Below, one piece after another: positions 28,079 through 37,648 of a stretch of 64,000 nt of DNA. The notes under the pieces were generated by a model. It ran no database searches, had not been told where the DNA came from, and saw only the letters and a program-made list of their open reading frames with translations. The stretch is from an uncultured Bacteroidales bacterium (lineage in GTDB: Bacteria; Bacteroidota; Bacteroidia; Bacteroidales; UBA1715). The first letter of the stretch is position 1; each line of letters begins with the position of its first letter. Both the position numbers and the translations under genes were made by a program. Location of the stretch: the NCBI GenBank assembly GCA_964346725.1, contig CAYFVM010000007.1, positions 2,470-66,469 on the forward strand. Reading direction: 5' to 3'.

Positions 28079-28633
28079 TTACCAATTTTTTTCTATTCTG
28101 TTTTGGTTTTGTTTGTTTTGCCGTTGTAGCTTAAGGCGTTGTTGAATGGCTTTATCGTCATTGTCTATCGCATCAAGTAGCATTTCGGCTTGTATTTCCG
28201 AGATTTGTCCTTTTTTGTCTTTCGGTTGGTTTTGCTGTTCTTTGTTTTCGTCTTTTCCTTGATTTTCAGCACTTTGTTGTTCCTGCTGTTGATTTTGCTG
28301 TTTGTTATCCTGACCGTTTTGTTGTTGATCTTGCTTTTGGTCTTGTCCCGATTGATTTTTTTCCTGTTTGTCGTCGTTGCCTTGGTCGTTACTATTTTGT
28401 TGATTTTGCTGATTTTTCTTGTCGTCTTTCTCAATCAATCGTTTGAGTTGCGCGAGCGCAGAATCTGATTCAAATAATTCACAACCGCGGGAAACGGTGT
28501 ATAATGCTGCTTCCTCTTGTTTTTCTGCATAGAGTTTGGAAGAGACATTAAAATATTCTTGTGCGGTTTTTTGTCCGAAAGAAGGGAGGCAAAAACCGAT
28601 ACAGAGCAGTACTATGGAAAATATCTGTTTCAT
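28079..28633 (-). CDS. Secreted protein with a long Q/N/D/K-rich low-complexity core (additional member of the Bat operon)
   Basis: 184 aa with a signal peptide MKQIFSIVLLCIGFCLPSFG. The core of about 80 aa reads KKNQQNQQNSNDQGNDDKQEKNQSGQDQKQDQQQNGQDNKQQNQQQEQQSAENQGKDENKEQQNQ. Its start overlaps the upstream stop by 1 nt. Confidence 0.6.
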   Translation of the reverse strand: MKQIFSIVLLCIGFCLPSFGQKTAQEYFNVSSKLYAEKQEEAALYTVSRGCELFESDSALAQLKRLIEKDDKKNQQNQQNSNDQGNDDKQEKNQSGQDQKQDQQQNGQDNKQQNQQQEQQSAENQGKDENKEQQNQPKDKKGQISEIQAEMLLDAIDNDDKAIQQRLKLQRQNKQNQNRIEKNW

Positions 28634-29304
28634 TATTTGTTGTCTTCTATAATTTTCAAAATACCGGAAAGTTTTTGCATATATTCGTTATAGAGCGCCA
28701 CCGTTTTATCTTTTGCAGCAGCTTCTTGCATGGTTGTTAGCGCTTCTTGGAACTTGTATTGGTCAACGAGTGCCAAAGACTTTTTGTAGCACTCTTCGGC
28801 AAATTTTGACGGTTGAGGCTGTTTCTTATCTTGATTGTCTTTCTTAGAATCTTCTTGTTCTTTTTCTTCTTGCTTTAATTTTTCCTGTGCGTACGCCAAA
28901 TTATAGCGAGTGTCTTCATCTTTGGAATTCAGCAGAAGTGCTTGTTTGTACCAGTTTATAGCATCCTTGTACTTTTTTTCTCGACACGCAATATTGCCAA
29001 AATTGTGGAAAATTGCAGCTTTCTGTGCTTTATCTGTCGTGAGAGCCAAGGCTTTTTTATAGGCTTCGGTAGAGAGAATGTTTTTGTTGAGTTCGTAAAG
29101 AGCGTTTCCAAAATTGTACCACGCATCAAACGACACAGTGTCGAGCATGCAGGCGTGTTTGTATTGCACTGCGGCTTTTTGAAATTCTTTTTTCGTGTAG
29201 AATTCGTTTCCTTTTTCTATGGTTGGGCGTGCATCATTTTGTGCGTAGCCTGCAAAGCCACACAAACAACAATACCCGATTACTATAGAGCGTAATAGTT
29301 TCAT
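28633..29304 (-). CDS. TPR-repeat protein (BatC-like)
   Basis: 223 aa with a signal peptide. TPR-like repeats are FQKAAVQYKHACMLD, AWYNFGNALYELN, AIFHNFGNIACREKKYKDAINWYKQALLLN. It also has an acidic/lysine-rich linker. Confidence 0.75.
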   Translation of the reverse strand: MKLLRSIVIGYCCLCGFAGYAQNDARPTIEKGNEFYTKKEFQKAAVQYKHACMLDTVSFDAWYNFGNALYELNKNILSTEAYKKALALTTDKAQKAAIFHNFGNIACREKKYKDAINWYKQALLLNSKDEDTRYNLAYAQEKLKQEEKEQEDSKKDNQDKKQPQPSKFAEECYKKSLALVDQYKFQEALTTMQEAAAKDKTVALYNEYMQKLSGILKIIEDNK

Positions 29305-30347
29305 TTCTTTTTCCCTAATGAAATTGTATAAATATCAATATTCTTCAGCCATTTGTTTTTTCGTTCAAGAATGAAAAAATCTATACAGAGGCAAATGATT
29401 CCTAAAATCAAGAACAACTGAAAACGTTCATTATATACGTTGAAGTTCATTGATTCAAACTCCGATTTTCCCATGTTGTCCAACGCATTGAGTATAGGAC
29501 CAAAATCTTCACGAGAGTAGACGCCACCGCCGGCTTCGGCAATTTCCTGCAACATTTGTTCGTTGAGTTTTGTGGTAACCGGTTGTCCGCTTCGGTCAAT
29601 CATGAAATTCGATTGTCCGTATGAATTTCTCAGAGGAATAGGAACACCGGATGTTGTTCCCATACCAACGGTATTCACGATTATGCCTTTTTCTTTCGCT
29701 AATTTTGCTTCGCCAATTGCATCGTCTTCGTGATTTTCGCCATCGCTAATAATGATGATGGTTTTGGCAACTTTATCATTTCCCGAAAACGAACGAACGC
29801 ATTTCGAAATTGCTGCGCCAATTGCAGTTCCTTGCTTGCTTACGCTGTTGGTGTTGATTGTCTGCAAAAACAATTTAGATGCGCCAACATCGGTCGTCAT
29901 GGGGAGTTGTATATACGCATCGCCGGCAAATGTGATGATGCTTATTTTGTTCTGCTCCAAACGATTGATAATTCGTTGAATTGAAAATTTTGCTTTCTCT
30001 ATACGATTTGGTTTGATGTCCTCTGCCAACATACTATTGGAAACATCGAGCGCAATGGCAATTTCAACGCCTTTTTTCTTCACGTTTTGCGTCTTCACTC
30101 CATATTGTGGCTGTGCCCATGCAATGATAAAAAATACCATAGCGCACATCCAAAGTATGAATTTAAGATTCTTTCGAAATGGCGAATAATCGGGGAGAAG
30201 AATCGGCAATAAATTAGGGTCGGCCAACTGCTTGAGTTTGCGTGCGATGATGAATTTGTAAAGAACAAAAATGGCAATGCAAATTCCTACACCGATAAGG
30301 GCGTATAAATGGTCCGGATATGCAAATCTGAAATTATTTTCGTTCAT
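29301..30347 (-). CDS. VWA-domain membrane protein (BatB-like)
   Basis: N-terminal TM segments, the MIDAS motif ALDVSNSM, IIIISDGENH and a C-terminal TM segment. Confidence 0.85.
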   Translation of the reverse strand: MNENNFRFAYPDHLYALIGVGICIAIFVLYKFIIARKLKQLADPNLLPILLPDYSPFRKNLKFILWMCAMVFFIIAWAQPQYGVKTQNVKKKGVEIAIALDVSNSMLAEDIKPNRIEKAKFSIQRIINRLEQNKISIITFAGDAYIQLPMTTDVGASKLFLQTINTNSVSKQGTAIGAAISKCVRSFSGNDKVAKTIIIISDGENHEDDAIGEAKLAKEKGIIVNTVGMGTTSGVPIPLRNSYGQSNFMIDRSGQPVTTKLNEQMLQEIAEAGGGVYSREDFGPILNALDNMGKSEFESMNFNVYNERFQLFLILGIICLCIDFFILERKNKWLKNIDIYTISLGKKK

Positions 30348-30349
30348 CG

Positions 30350-31351
30350 TTAAGGGAATCTTTTACAAATTGTTTGTGATAGTAAGAACTCAATACCAAA
30401 GAGCAATAAAGCCAACAAAACGAATGGTGCGAATTCCTCTTTTTTCTGTGTGAATTTATACTCTTCGATTTTTGTTTTTTCAAGCGAATCAATTGTCTTA
30501 TAGATTTTTGCGAGTTCGTTTTTACTTGTTGCTCTAAAATACAAACCATCGGTCATTTTTGCAATTTTTACCAATGCAGATTCGTCAAAACTGTTTTGAA
30601 CCATCTGCGTTCCGTAAGGCGTTGGATAGGGGACGTCACCATTTCTTCCTACGCCAATCGTATAGACGCGAATGCCATATTTTGCGGCTAATTCGGCAGC
30701 GGTTGTCGGTTCTATATCTCCGCTGTTATTGTCGCCATCGGTCAAAAGTACAATCACTTTGCTTATGGCTTTGCTTTCGCGCAAACGATTAACGGCGAGT
30801 GCGAGTCCCATTCCTATAGCAGTTCCGTCGGTAAGCATTCCACATTCCAAATCGTCAAGCATGTTGAGCAAGGTAACGTGGTCGGTTGTGAGCGGACATT
30901 GCGTAAAGCATTCCGATGCAAACACAACCAATCCCATGCGGTCGTACGGGCGATTGTTGATGAAACTTGCCGCAACGTCTTTTGCTGCTTCTATTCGGTT
31001 TGGCTTCAAATCCATGGCCAACATACTGGTTGAAACGTCCATAGACATAACAATGTCAACGCCATAGGTGGTAGAATCGGAGTAGGAGTCAACCGAAACC
31101 GGGCGACAGAGGGCAAGAATGATGAATGCCAACGCAATCAGTTTGAGGACAAACGGCAGATGAATGAGAAACTCCATTTTTGAAGGCGGAATTTGCTCAA
31201 AGTCTTGCATTGAAGCCGTTTTTATGTGAACAAAAAGATTGGTGTGCTTGCAAATATACCAAGCAATAATAGGCACAAAAAGGAGAAACAACCAGAAATA
31301 TTCCGGATTCTCGTAGGTGAAATATTGTATGTTAGACAATGCTTCTTTCAT
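30350..31351 (-). CDS. VWA-domain membrane protein (BatA-like)
   Basis: N-terminal TM segments, the MIDAS motif SMDVSTSM, VLLTDGDNN and a C-terminal TM segment. Confidence 0.85.
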   Translation of the reverse strand: MKEALSNIQYFTYENPEYFWLFLLFVPIIAWYICKHTNLFVHIKTASMQDFEQIPPSKMEFLIHLPFVLKLIALAFIILALCRPVSVDSYSDSTTYGVDIVMSMDVSTSMLAMDLKPNRIEAAKDVAASFINNRPYDRMGLVVFASECFTQCPLTTDHVTLLNMLDDLECGMLTDGTAIGMGLALAVNRLRESKAISKVIVLLTDGDNNSGDIEPTTAAELAAKYGIRVYTIGVGRNGDVPYPTPYGTQMVQNSFDESALVKIAKMTDGLYFRATSKNELAKIYKTIDSLEKTKIEEYKFTQKKEEFAPFVLLALLLFGIEFLLSQTICKRFP

Positions 31352-32307
31352 TTTTGTTCAGATGTTTCCGTTTCTATTTGTTGTATTAAATATTTTGTCT
31401 CGTTGATACAGAATATGGCAAGTCCATAGTGCAAATTGCCTGTTTCAATAGTCGGTTTGTGTTTTGCAAACTTCACAAAATCAGCCTCTTGTAATATTAT
31501 TTTTAGATTCTGAATTGCAGAAAACGGCAGTTTGCCGGTTGTGATAACCTCGTTGATGAGTTCGTCAGAGGTTTTCTCAAAGGTATCAATACCAAGCACG
31601 TCGCCAAAATATTCACGAAGAATGTCGGTAAGGTCGGTGTAGAAAGACTTGAATTCATCTTTTTCGCAGAGATTCATTGATTTTAATGTTTCCAAATCGC
31701 GAAGTGCTTTTACATCGGCTTTCTCTTTGTGTTTTGCTTTTGCGCCCGATTTTTTCGGTTTTCTATGTTTTCTAAAGTACCAAATGCCAAACACGATGGC
31801 TGCCAAAAGCACCACAATGCCCAAGATTGTGAGTATCAATGGAAGATGATCTTTCCAAGTATATAGTGGCTGGCGAATTGGTTTTATCGGTTTAATAGTA
31901 TCGGTAGAGTCGAGCGCAACGGTTTGCACTGAGAGTTGCAAAGGTTTTGACCAAATCGAATCGTTTTCAGAAACAAACGGACCAATTTCAAACGAATATT
32001 CTCCTGCGTCAAAGCACGTAATGGGAATTGTGGCAGAGATTTTTCGAAAATCTTTCTTGTCGGTTTTTACCGTATCAAACGTACAGGTATCAACAATAAG
32101 AATATTGTGCGAAATTGCTTTGACAAGTTGGGGAAATGCAACCGTTTGTTTTTCGGGAAATTCAACCGAAACAACTACGTGTTGTTGTTCGCCAATGCGC
32201 ATTGTGTCAGCCTCAAGAGAGGCTTCAATTGTGGGCTGTTCGTTCGCAAACGCAAGTGTTGCAGAACAGAGGCAAGCAATACAGAGTATGTATAGATTCT
32301 TTATCAT
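31348..32307 (-). CDS. Bat-cluster membrane protein (signal peptide, extracytoplasmic domain, one TM segment, cytoplasmic domain; DUF4381-like guess)
   Basis: 319 aa. The TM segment LPLILTILGIVVLLAAIVFGIWYF is followed by RKHRKPKKSGAKAKHK. There are 4-nt overlaps at both gene junctions. Confidence 0.6.
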   Translation of the reverse strand: MIKNLYILCIACLCSATLAFANEQPTIEASLEADTMRIGEQQHVVVSVEFPEKQTVAFPQLVKAISHNILIVDTCTFDTVKTDKKDFRKISATIPITCFDAGEYSFEIGPFVSENDSIWSKPLQLSVQTVALDSTDTIKPIKPIRQPLYTWKDHLPLILTILGIVVLLAAIVFGIWYFRKHRKPKKSGAKAKHKEKADVKALRDLETLKSMNLCEKDEFKSFYTDLTDILREYFGDVLGIDTFEKTSDELINEVITTGKLPFSAIQNLKIILQEADFVKFAKHKPTIETGNLHYGLAIFCINETKYLIQQIETETSEQK

Positions 32308-33173
32308 GAGCGTTTTTTGAATAAAGTCATAAGCGGTTTTACATAATCTTCATCACAAGGAATTGCAACGTGGTCAACGCCCGATTTTGTAAACGCATCG
32401 TCAAGTTCTTTCATTCTTCTATTGTAATTGGCAGCAAAGGCTTCGCGCGTTGCTTTACTTCCGGCATCAATCCATTTTTCTTGGTTGGTTTCGGTATCGG
32501 AAATGCGAATTAAGCCAATGTTTGGCAACGAAGCTTCCAATTTGTCATATACGCGAATTGCAACCACGTCGTGTCTGTGCTTGGCAATAGAGAGCGCATC
32601 TTTCAAATTGTGTTTGTCGTTGAAGTCGGAGAGAAGAAATGCCGTGCAATGGCGTTTAATCATATTGGTGAAATATTCGAGCGCAGCAGGAATATCCGTT
32701 CCTTTACTTTCCGGTTCAAATTCTAGTAGTTCGCGAATGATATACAGAATGTGTTTTCTTCCTTTTTGGGGGAGAATCAGTTTCTCAATTTTATCGGAGA
32801 AAATGAGCATTCCAATTTTATCATTGTTTTGAATAGCCGAAAACGAAAGCGTCGCCGCTATTTCTGTCACCATTTCACGTTTGAGACGAACGCGTGAGCC
32901 CAAATCTTGCGAACCGCTCAGATCTACAAGTAGCATGACGGTGAGTTCGCGTTCTTCTTCAAAAATTTTAACGTATGGTTTGTTCAGTTTTGCCGTTACG
33001 TTCCAGTCTATGTTTCGAATTGCGTCGCCGTATTGATATTCACGAACTTCGCTAAACGCCATACCTTGGCCTTTAAACGAACTGTGGTATTCTCCTGCAA
33101 ATATATTGCGCGAGAGCCCTCTCGTTTTTATCTCAATCTTTCGAACCTTCTTTAGTAACTCGCTTGTTTCCAT
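32304..33173 (-). CDS. DUF58-family protein (partner of MoxR)
   Basis: Motif FSEVREYQYGDAIRNIDWNVTAK, followed by a VWA-like stretch LLVDLSGS. Confidence 0.85.
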   Translation of the reverse strand: METSELLKKVRKIEIKTRGLSRNIFAGEYHSSFKGQGMAFSEVREYQYGDAIRNIDWNVTAKLNKPYVKIFEEERELTVMLLVDLSGSQDLGSRVRLKREMVTEIAATLSFSAIQNNDKIGMLIFSDKIEKLILPQKGRKHILYIIRELLEFEPESKGTDIPAALEYFTNMIKRHCTAFLLSDFNDKHNLKDALSIAKHRHDVVAIRVYDKLEASLPNIGLIRISDTETNQEKWIDAGSKATREAFAANYNRRMKELDDAFTKSGVDHVAIPCDEDYVKPLMTLFKKRS

Positions 33174-33206
33174 TGTGTTATAACAACGATTTTGTGCGTT
33201 TCCTTA

Positions 33207-34232
33207 TTACGGAACGTCTACAGCATTTACAATTTTCGTGATAATTTCTTCGGTAGAAATGTTTTCAGCCTCGGCTTCGTACGTCAAACCAATGCGGTGG
33301 CGTAGAACGGAGTGGCAAACTGCACGAATGTCTTCTGGAATTACATATCCACGACGTTTGATGAACGCGTATGCTTTTGCTGCTTTTGCCAAACAAATTC
33401 CGGCACGTGGAGAGCACCCGAAGTTAATAAGCGGTTGCAATTCTTTGAGTTTGTATTGGTCTGGGTAACGAGTTGCAAATACAATATCTACAATGTATTT
33501 CTCAATTTTCTCATCCATATACACCTCTGACACAATTTTGCGTGCTTTTATGATTGCTTCGGTAGATACAACTTTGTTTGGCTCCGGATATATTTTGAGA
33601 AGATTTTGATGAATAATCTGTTGCTCCTCGTTTTTCTGCGGATAGCCAACAACTATTTTCAACATAAAACGGTCAACCTGCGCTTCGGGAAGCGGGTAGG
33701 TTCCTTCTTGTTCAATTGGGTTTTGCGTAGCCATTACCAAAAACGGTTCGGCAAGCGGGTAGGTATTAGCACCAATAGTAACTTGTTTTTCCTGCATGGC
33801 TTCGAGCAGCGCACTTTGTACTTTTGACGGTGCACGGTTGATTTCGTCAGCCAAAATGAAGTTGGCGAAAATTGGTCCTTTTTTAACGACAAATTCTTCG
33901 TTTTTCTGACTATAAATCATAGTACCGAGCAAATCGGCAGGGAGCAAGTCGGGAGTGAATTGGATGCGACTAAACGAAGCTGCAATGGTTTTTGCCAAAG
34001 TGTTGATAGCTAACGTTTTTGCTAGTCCCGGAACACCTTCAAGAAGAATGTTGCCATTAGAAAGCAAGCCAATCAAAAGGCCTTCGGTTAATTCTTTTTG
34101 TCCTACGATTACTTTGTGCATTTCGTTGGTAATCAAGTCAACAAACGCACTTTCTTGTTGAATACGATTGTTAAGTTCCATTATGTCAACATGGGAACTG
34201 CTGTTTTTTATAATATCATCTTCCATACACAA
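33207..34232 (-). CDS. MoxR-family AAA+ ATPase
   Basis: Walker A is EGVPGLAKT, Walker B is FILADEINRA, and sensor and Arg-finger regions follow. An alternative ATG lies two codons downstream. Confidence 0.92.
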   Translation of the reverse strand: MCMEDDIIKNSSSHVDIMELNNRIQQESAFVDLITNEMHKVIVGQKELTEGLLIGLLSNGNILLEGVPGLAKTLAINTLAKTIAASFSRIQFTPDLLPADLLGTMIYSQKNEEFVVKKGPIFANFILADEINRAPSKVQSALLEAMQEKQVTIGANTYPLAEPFLVMATQNPIEQEGTYPLPEAQVDRFMLKIVVGYPQKNEEQQIIHQNLLKIYPEPNKVVSTEAIIKARKIVSEVYMDEKIEKYIVDIVFATRYPDQYKLKELQPLINFGCSPRAGICLAKAAKAYAFIKRRGYVIPEDIRAVCHSVLRHRIGLTYEAEAENISTEEIITKIVNAVDVP

Positions 34233-34344
34233 TATAAAATTTATTCTTTTTAAACTTTGACCGAAATTATAAAATCACGTTGAAAGAAGAACTATATTTT
34301 TAAAAAAAATATTGTGTTGTTTATAAGTTTTATCCTTTTTTATG

Positions 34345-34352
34345 TAATTTTG
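34345..34352 (+). promoter_or_regulatory. TAnnTTTG -7 promoter motif for nusB
   Basis: TAATTTTG lies 23 nt upstream of ATG 34376. Confidence 0.45.
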
Positions 34353-34375
34353 TACTGTTTAATGGTCATTGAATT

Positions 34376-35341
34376 ATGGAAAGAACAATAAGTATGATAG
34401 GAAGACATTTGATTCGAATAAAAGTCTTGCAAATTTTGTATGCCTATCATAAGGAGGAAAAACCCGATTTTGAAGTGTTTTACAAAGAATTGGAGTTTAG
34501 TTTAAAAAAATCCTACGAACAATATCTTATGTTCTTAGAAATATTGGCAGAATTGCGTAATTACGCAGAATTGCGCATTACACAAATTCAAGACCGTAAG
34601 TTGAAAAATGAAAAAGAATGGCGTCGTTTGGTGCGTCTATCTAACAATAGAGTATTTTTACAACTTGAAAACAATCCCCAATACAAATCTTTAGTTTCGT
34701 CAATGAAAATTTCGTTGATGAATTATCAACCAGCGTTCAAGGAAATTTTCAAGACAATCATTGATTCTGAATTTTACGCAGAATATTTAGCACAAGAAGA
34801 TTCGTATCAAGCCGACAAACAGTTGGTTCGTACTGCACTTTTAAATGTGGTTGCAGAAACAGAATCATTGTTTGATTCGTTTGAAGAATATTCAATATTC
34901 TGGAATGATGACATAGACAACTCTATTTCTATGGTGGATAAAACCATTAAGAATTTTGAAGAAAAAAAACAAGATGGAGGAGATATACTTCCCATGTTTG
35001 CTGATAACGAAACTCATGATTTTGGTTATAAATTGTTTACCCAAGCCGTGAAACAGTGGGATGAGATAAATCAGTATATTGATAAAAACCTCAAGAATTG
35101 GAAGCAAGAGCGCGTTGCAGAATTGGATATTGTGATTATGCAATTAGCAATTACAGAAATGATTGTGTTTAAAGAAATTCCAATTCCGGTTACGATGAAC
35201 GAATATATAGAATTGGCCAAATGGTATAGTACAAGCAAAAGTGGTCAGTTTGTAAACGGAATTATGTATAAAGTTGCCGAAGATTTAAAGAAAGAAGGCA
35301 TTATTAAAAAAGTTGGACGAGGTTTAATTGAAAAACAATGA
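34376..35341 (+). CDS. nusB: Transcription antitermination factor NusB (long Bacteroidota form)
   Basis: The N-terminal block is RIKVLQILYAY. The C-terminal NusB fold has ELDIVIMQLAITEM and NEYIELAKWYSTSKSGQFVNGI. An alternative start lies at 34394. Confidence 0.8.
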   Translation: MERTISMIGRHLIRIKVLQILYAYHKEEKPDFEVFYKELEFSLKKSYEQYLMFLEILAELRNYAELRITQIQDRKLKNEKEWRRLVRLSNNRVFLQLENNPQYKSLVSSMKISLMNYQPAFKEIFKTIIDSEFYAEYLAQEDSYQADKQLVRTALLNVVAETESLFDSFEEYSIFWNDDIDNSISMVDKTIKNFEEKKQDGGDILPMFADNETHDFGYKLFTQAVKQWDEINQYIDKNLKNWKQERVAELDIVIMQLAITEMIVFKEIPIPVTMNEYIELAKWYSTSKSGQFVNGIMYKVAEDLKKEGIIKKVGRGLIEKQ

Positions 35342-35754
35342 AACGAACAATTCTTTTTTCCATAATTGCTATGGGACTTTGCGCTGCGTGCAACACGAAG
35401 AGTTCAGAAACTAAAACATCAGTATCTACTGATACGTTGACAAGCATAAAGTTTGAAAGCAAAACGTATGCTTTTGGTCGAGTTGTACAGGGGCAAGTGG
35501 TGGAGCATACATTCTTTTTTACCAACACCGGTTCTGTAAATCTTGAGATACAAGAAGTTGATGCTGCGTGTGGTTGTACCACTCCTGAATGGACAAAAGA
35601 ACCTGTAAAACCAGGAGAGAAAGGGAAAATTAGAGTGAAATTTGATACACAACATCAAAGTCTAGGTAATAAAACTAAACAAGTTGCTGTATATTCAAAC
35701 ACAATACCTTCTCGGAACTTGTTGCAGTTTTCTGCTCAAGTTGTAGGTGAGTAA
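35338..35754 (+). CDS. DUF1573-family lipoprotein
   Basis: Lipobox MGLCAAC and core motif AACGCTTPEWTKEPVKPGEKGKIRVKFD. It is a paralogue of 11840-12352 and has an ATGA overlap with nusB. Confidence 0.8.
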   Translation: MKRTILFSIIAMGLCAACNTKSSETKTSVSTDTLTSIKFESKTYAFGRVVQGQVVEHTFFFTNTGSVNLEIQEVDAACGCTTPEWTKEPVKPGEKGKIRVKFDTQHQSLGNKTKQVAVYSNTIPSRNLLQFSAQVVGE

Positions 35755-35761
35755 AAATTTA

Positions 35762-36358
35762 CTAAACCATTCCAGAAAATCCCATAAAAGCTAAGGCTAA
35801 CAAGCCTGCAGCAATAAGAGAAATTGGTTTTCCTTCTAAACGTTTTGGTACGTCGGTTATTGCAATTTGTTCGCGTATTCCAGCAAACAATACTAATGCT
35901 AATCCAAATGCCAATGAGTTTGCAAATGCAAATACAATAGCCAAACCAAGAGAGTTTCCGTCTACAAACGAATATTTTGCTGGCAAATCAAGAGCCAACA
36001 TTGAGACTCCAAGTACACAACAGTTTGTTGAAATTAAAGGCAAGAAAACGCCTAATGCTTCGTATAGAGAGTGAGAAACTTTCTTTAGAACGATTTCAAC
36101 CATTTGCACAAGCCATGCAATAATCAAGATGAAACTGATAGTTTGTAAGAATTCTAGTTCAAGCGGAATTAATACGTATTGGTTGAGAATGTAGGTTACT
36201 AATGTTGATAGTACAATTACAAACATTACAGCTCCCGACATCCCTAAAGCTGTGTTCACTTTGTTTGAAACGCCTAAGAAAGGGCAGATTCCTAAAAATT
36301 GACTTAAAACTATATTGTTTACAAATACTGCCGATATTATGATAAGAATGTATGCCAT
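35762..36358 (-). CDS. rnfA: Rnf electron-transport complex subunit A
   Basis: FVNNIVLSQFLGICPFLGVS, six-TM pattern, last gene of the rnf cluster. Confidence 0.92.
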   Translation of the reverse strand: MAYILIIISAVFVNNIVLSQFLGICPFLGVSNKVNTALGMSGAVMFVIVLSTLVTYILNQYVLIPLELEFLQTISFILIIAWLVQMVEIVLKKVSHSLYEALGVFLPLISTNCCVLGVSMLALDLPAKYSFVDGNSLGLAIVFAFANSLAFGLALVLFAGIREQIAITDVPKRLEGKPISLIAAGLLALAFMGFSGMV

Positions 36359-36376
36359 AGTTCAATATATTTTATG

Positions 36377-36961
36377 TTATTTTTTCGGGTTAATGATTGC
36401 GATTAAGTATGCCAACACAAGGAAGGCTCCCGGAGGCAATACGAATACCAACATTGTTTTAGGATCTTCCAAATCAAGTGGATTGTATCCGAAAACCGTA
36501 CCGGCACCAAGTATTTCACGAATAAGACCGAGTAGCGTAAGAGCCATGGTAAAACCAAGTCCCATACCAATACCGTCAAAAATTGAGTCTACAACGCCAT
36601 TTTTAGAAGCGAATGATTCAGCACGACCTAGAATGATACAGTTTACAACAATCAATGGGATGTATATTCCTAGTTGTTTGTAAAGAGCGGGAACATACGC
36701 TTCCATAAGAAATTGCACTAATGTTACAAATGTCGCAATGATGACAATAAATGCGGGGATTCTTACTTTATTTGGTATTAGGTTTTTAAAAAGAGAAATA
36801 ACAGCATTAGACATGATAAGAACGAACATTGTTGCTATTCCCATACCCAATCCATTTGTGCCCGATGTTGTAACACCAAGGGTAGGGCACATTCCTAAAA
36901 GAAGAACGAAAATCGGGTTTTCCTTTATGATACCTCGTGTTAAGTTACTTATATTTGCCAT
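36377..36961 (-). CDS. rnfE: Rnf complex subunit E
   Basis: [18 protein letters not shown]; an RnfA paralogue in the expected position. Confidence 0.92.
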   Translation of the reverse strand: MANISNLTRGIIKENPIFVLLLGMCPTLGVTTSGTNGLGMGIATMFVLIMSNAVISLFKNLIPNKVRIPAFIVIIATFVTLVQFLMEAYVPALYKQLGIYIPLIVVNCIILGRAESFASKNGVVDSIFDGIGMGLGFTMALTLLGLIREILGAGTVFGYNPLDLEDPKTMLVFVLPPGAFLVLAYLIAIINPKK

Positions 36962-36994
36962 AACATCTTGTTTTATCAGGTTATAATACTGAGC

Positions 36995-37645
36995 CTATTT
37001 ATTCATATTCATATTAGCTTCCGTTTTTGTTGCAAAAGTTTTTGCATCAACGTCTGTTTTTGCTTTTTTCGAAGTTAAATTGCAAAATAGTTTGAAAGCT
37101 TTGTTAACCGTGCTACAAAAGGCCCGAGAACTAATTGTTGCAGCTGTTAATGCATCAACATCGCCACCGTCTTTTTTAACACGTGCTTTTTGAGTATCAC
37201 AGTTAAATCCAATGAATTGTGAACGGAATTTATCTGCCGTCATTTTGTCGCCAAGTCCTGGAGTTTCCTGATGTGCAGTAACAGCTGTGTTGTAAATGGT
37301 TCCGTCTGGTTTAAAACCAATCATTACTTCAACTTTTCCACCAAAACCTGAGTTTGTAGAACTTAAAATTGCATATCCAACAGTATCACCTTGATTTATG
37401 GCGGTATATACCATCATTTTTTCGCCTTGATATTCAGGAATCATAACTTCTTGTGCTGTTTCAAGAGGATTATTGTCAAATGCAGGAACAACTACAGCAA
37501 TTGCATCAATTTGTTTTTGCTGTTTTACTTTTGCAATTGGATCGAGAGTAATTTTTTGTACGTACGCAAGCAATAAGCCAGAAACAAAGGCTATCACAAA
37601 GAGTACGATAACCATATTTTTGAGTGATGAAGCTATTTTTGCCAT
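36995..37645 (-). CDS. rnfG: Rnf complex subunit G (FMN-binding)
   Basis: An N-terminal TM anchor, the FMN_bind region ETPGLGDK and the flavinylation motif LTAATISSRA. Confidence 0.88.
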   Translation of the reverse strand: MAKIASSLKNMVIVLFVIAFVSGLLLAYVQKITLDPIAKVKQQKQIDAIAVVVPAFDNNPLETAQEVMIPEYQGEKMMVYTAINQGDTVGYAILSSTNSGFGGKVEVMIGFKPDGTIYNTAVTAHQETPGLGDKMTADKFRSQFIGFNCDTQKARVKKDGGDVDALTAATISSRAFCSTVNKAFKLFCNLTSKKAKTDVDAKTFATKTEANMNMNK

Positions 37646-37648
37646 AGT

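Noticed and set aside
28165-28468. ORFs 28190-28468 (plus strand) and 28165-28434 (minus strand, alternative frame) with repetitive L/F-rich or K/T/N-rich products
   Set aside because: They are by-products of the CAA/CAG-rich tract of the Q/N-rich gene at 28079-28633. The frame with a signal peptide and operon coupling is preferred.
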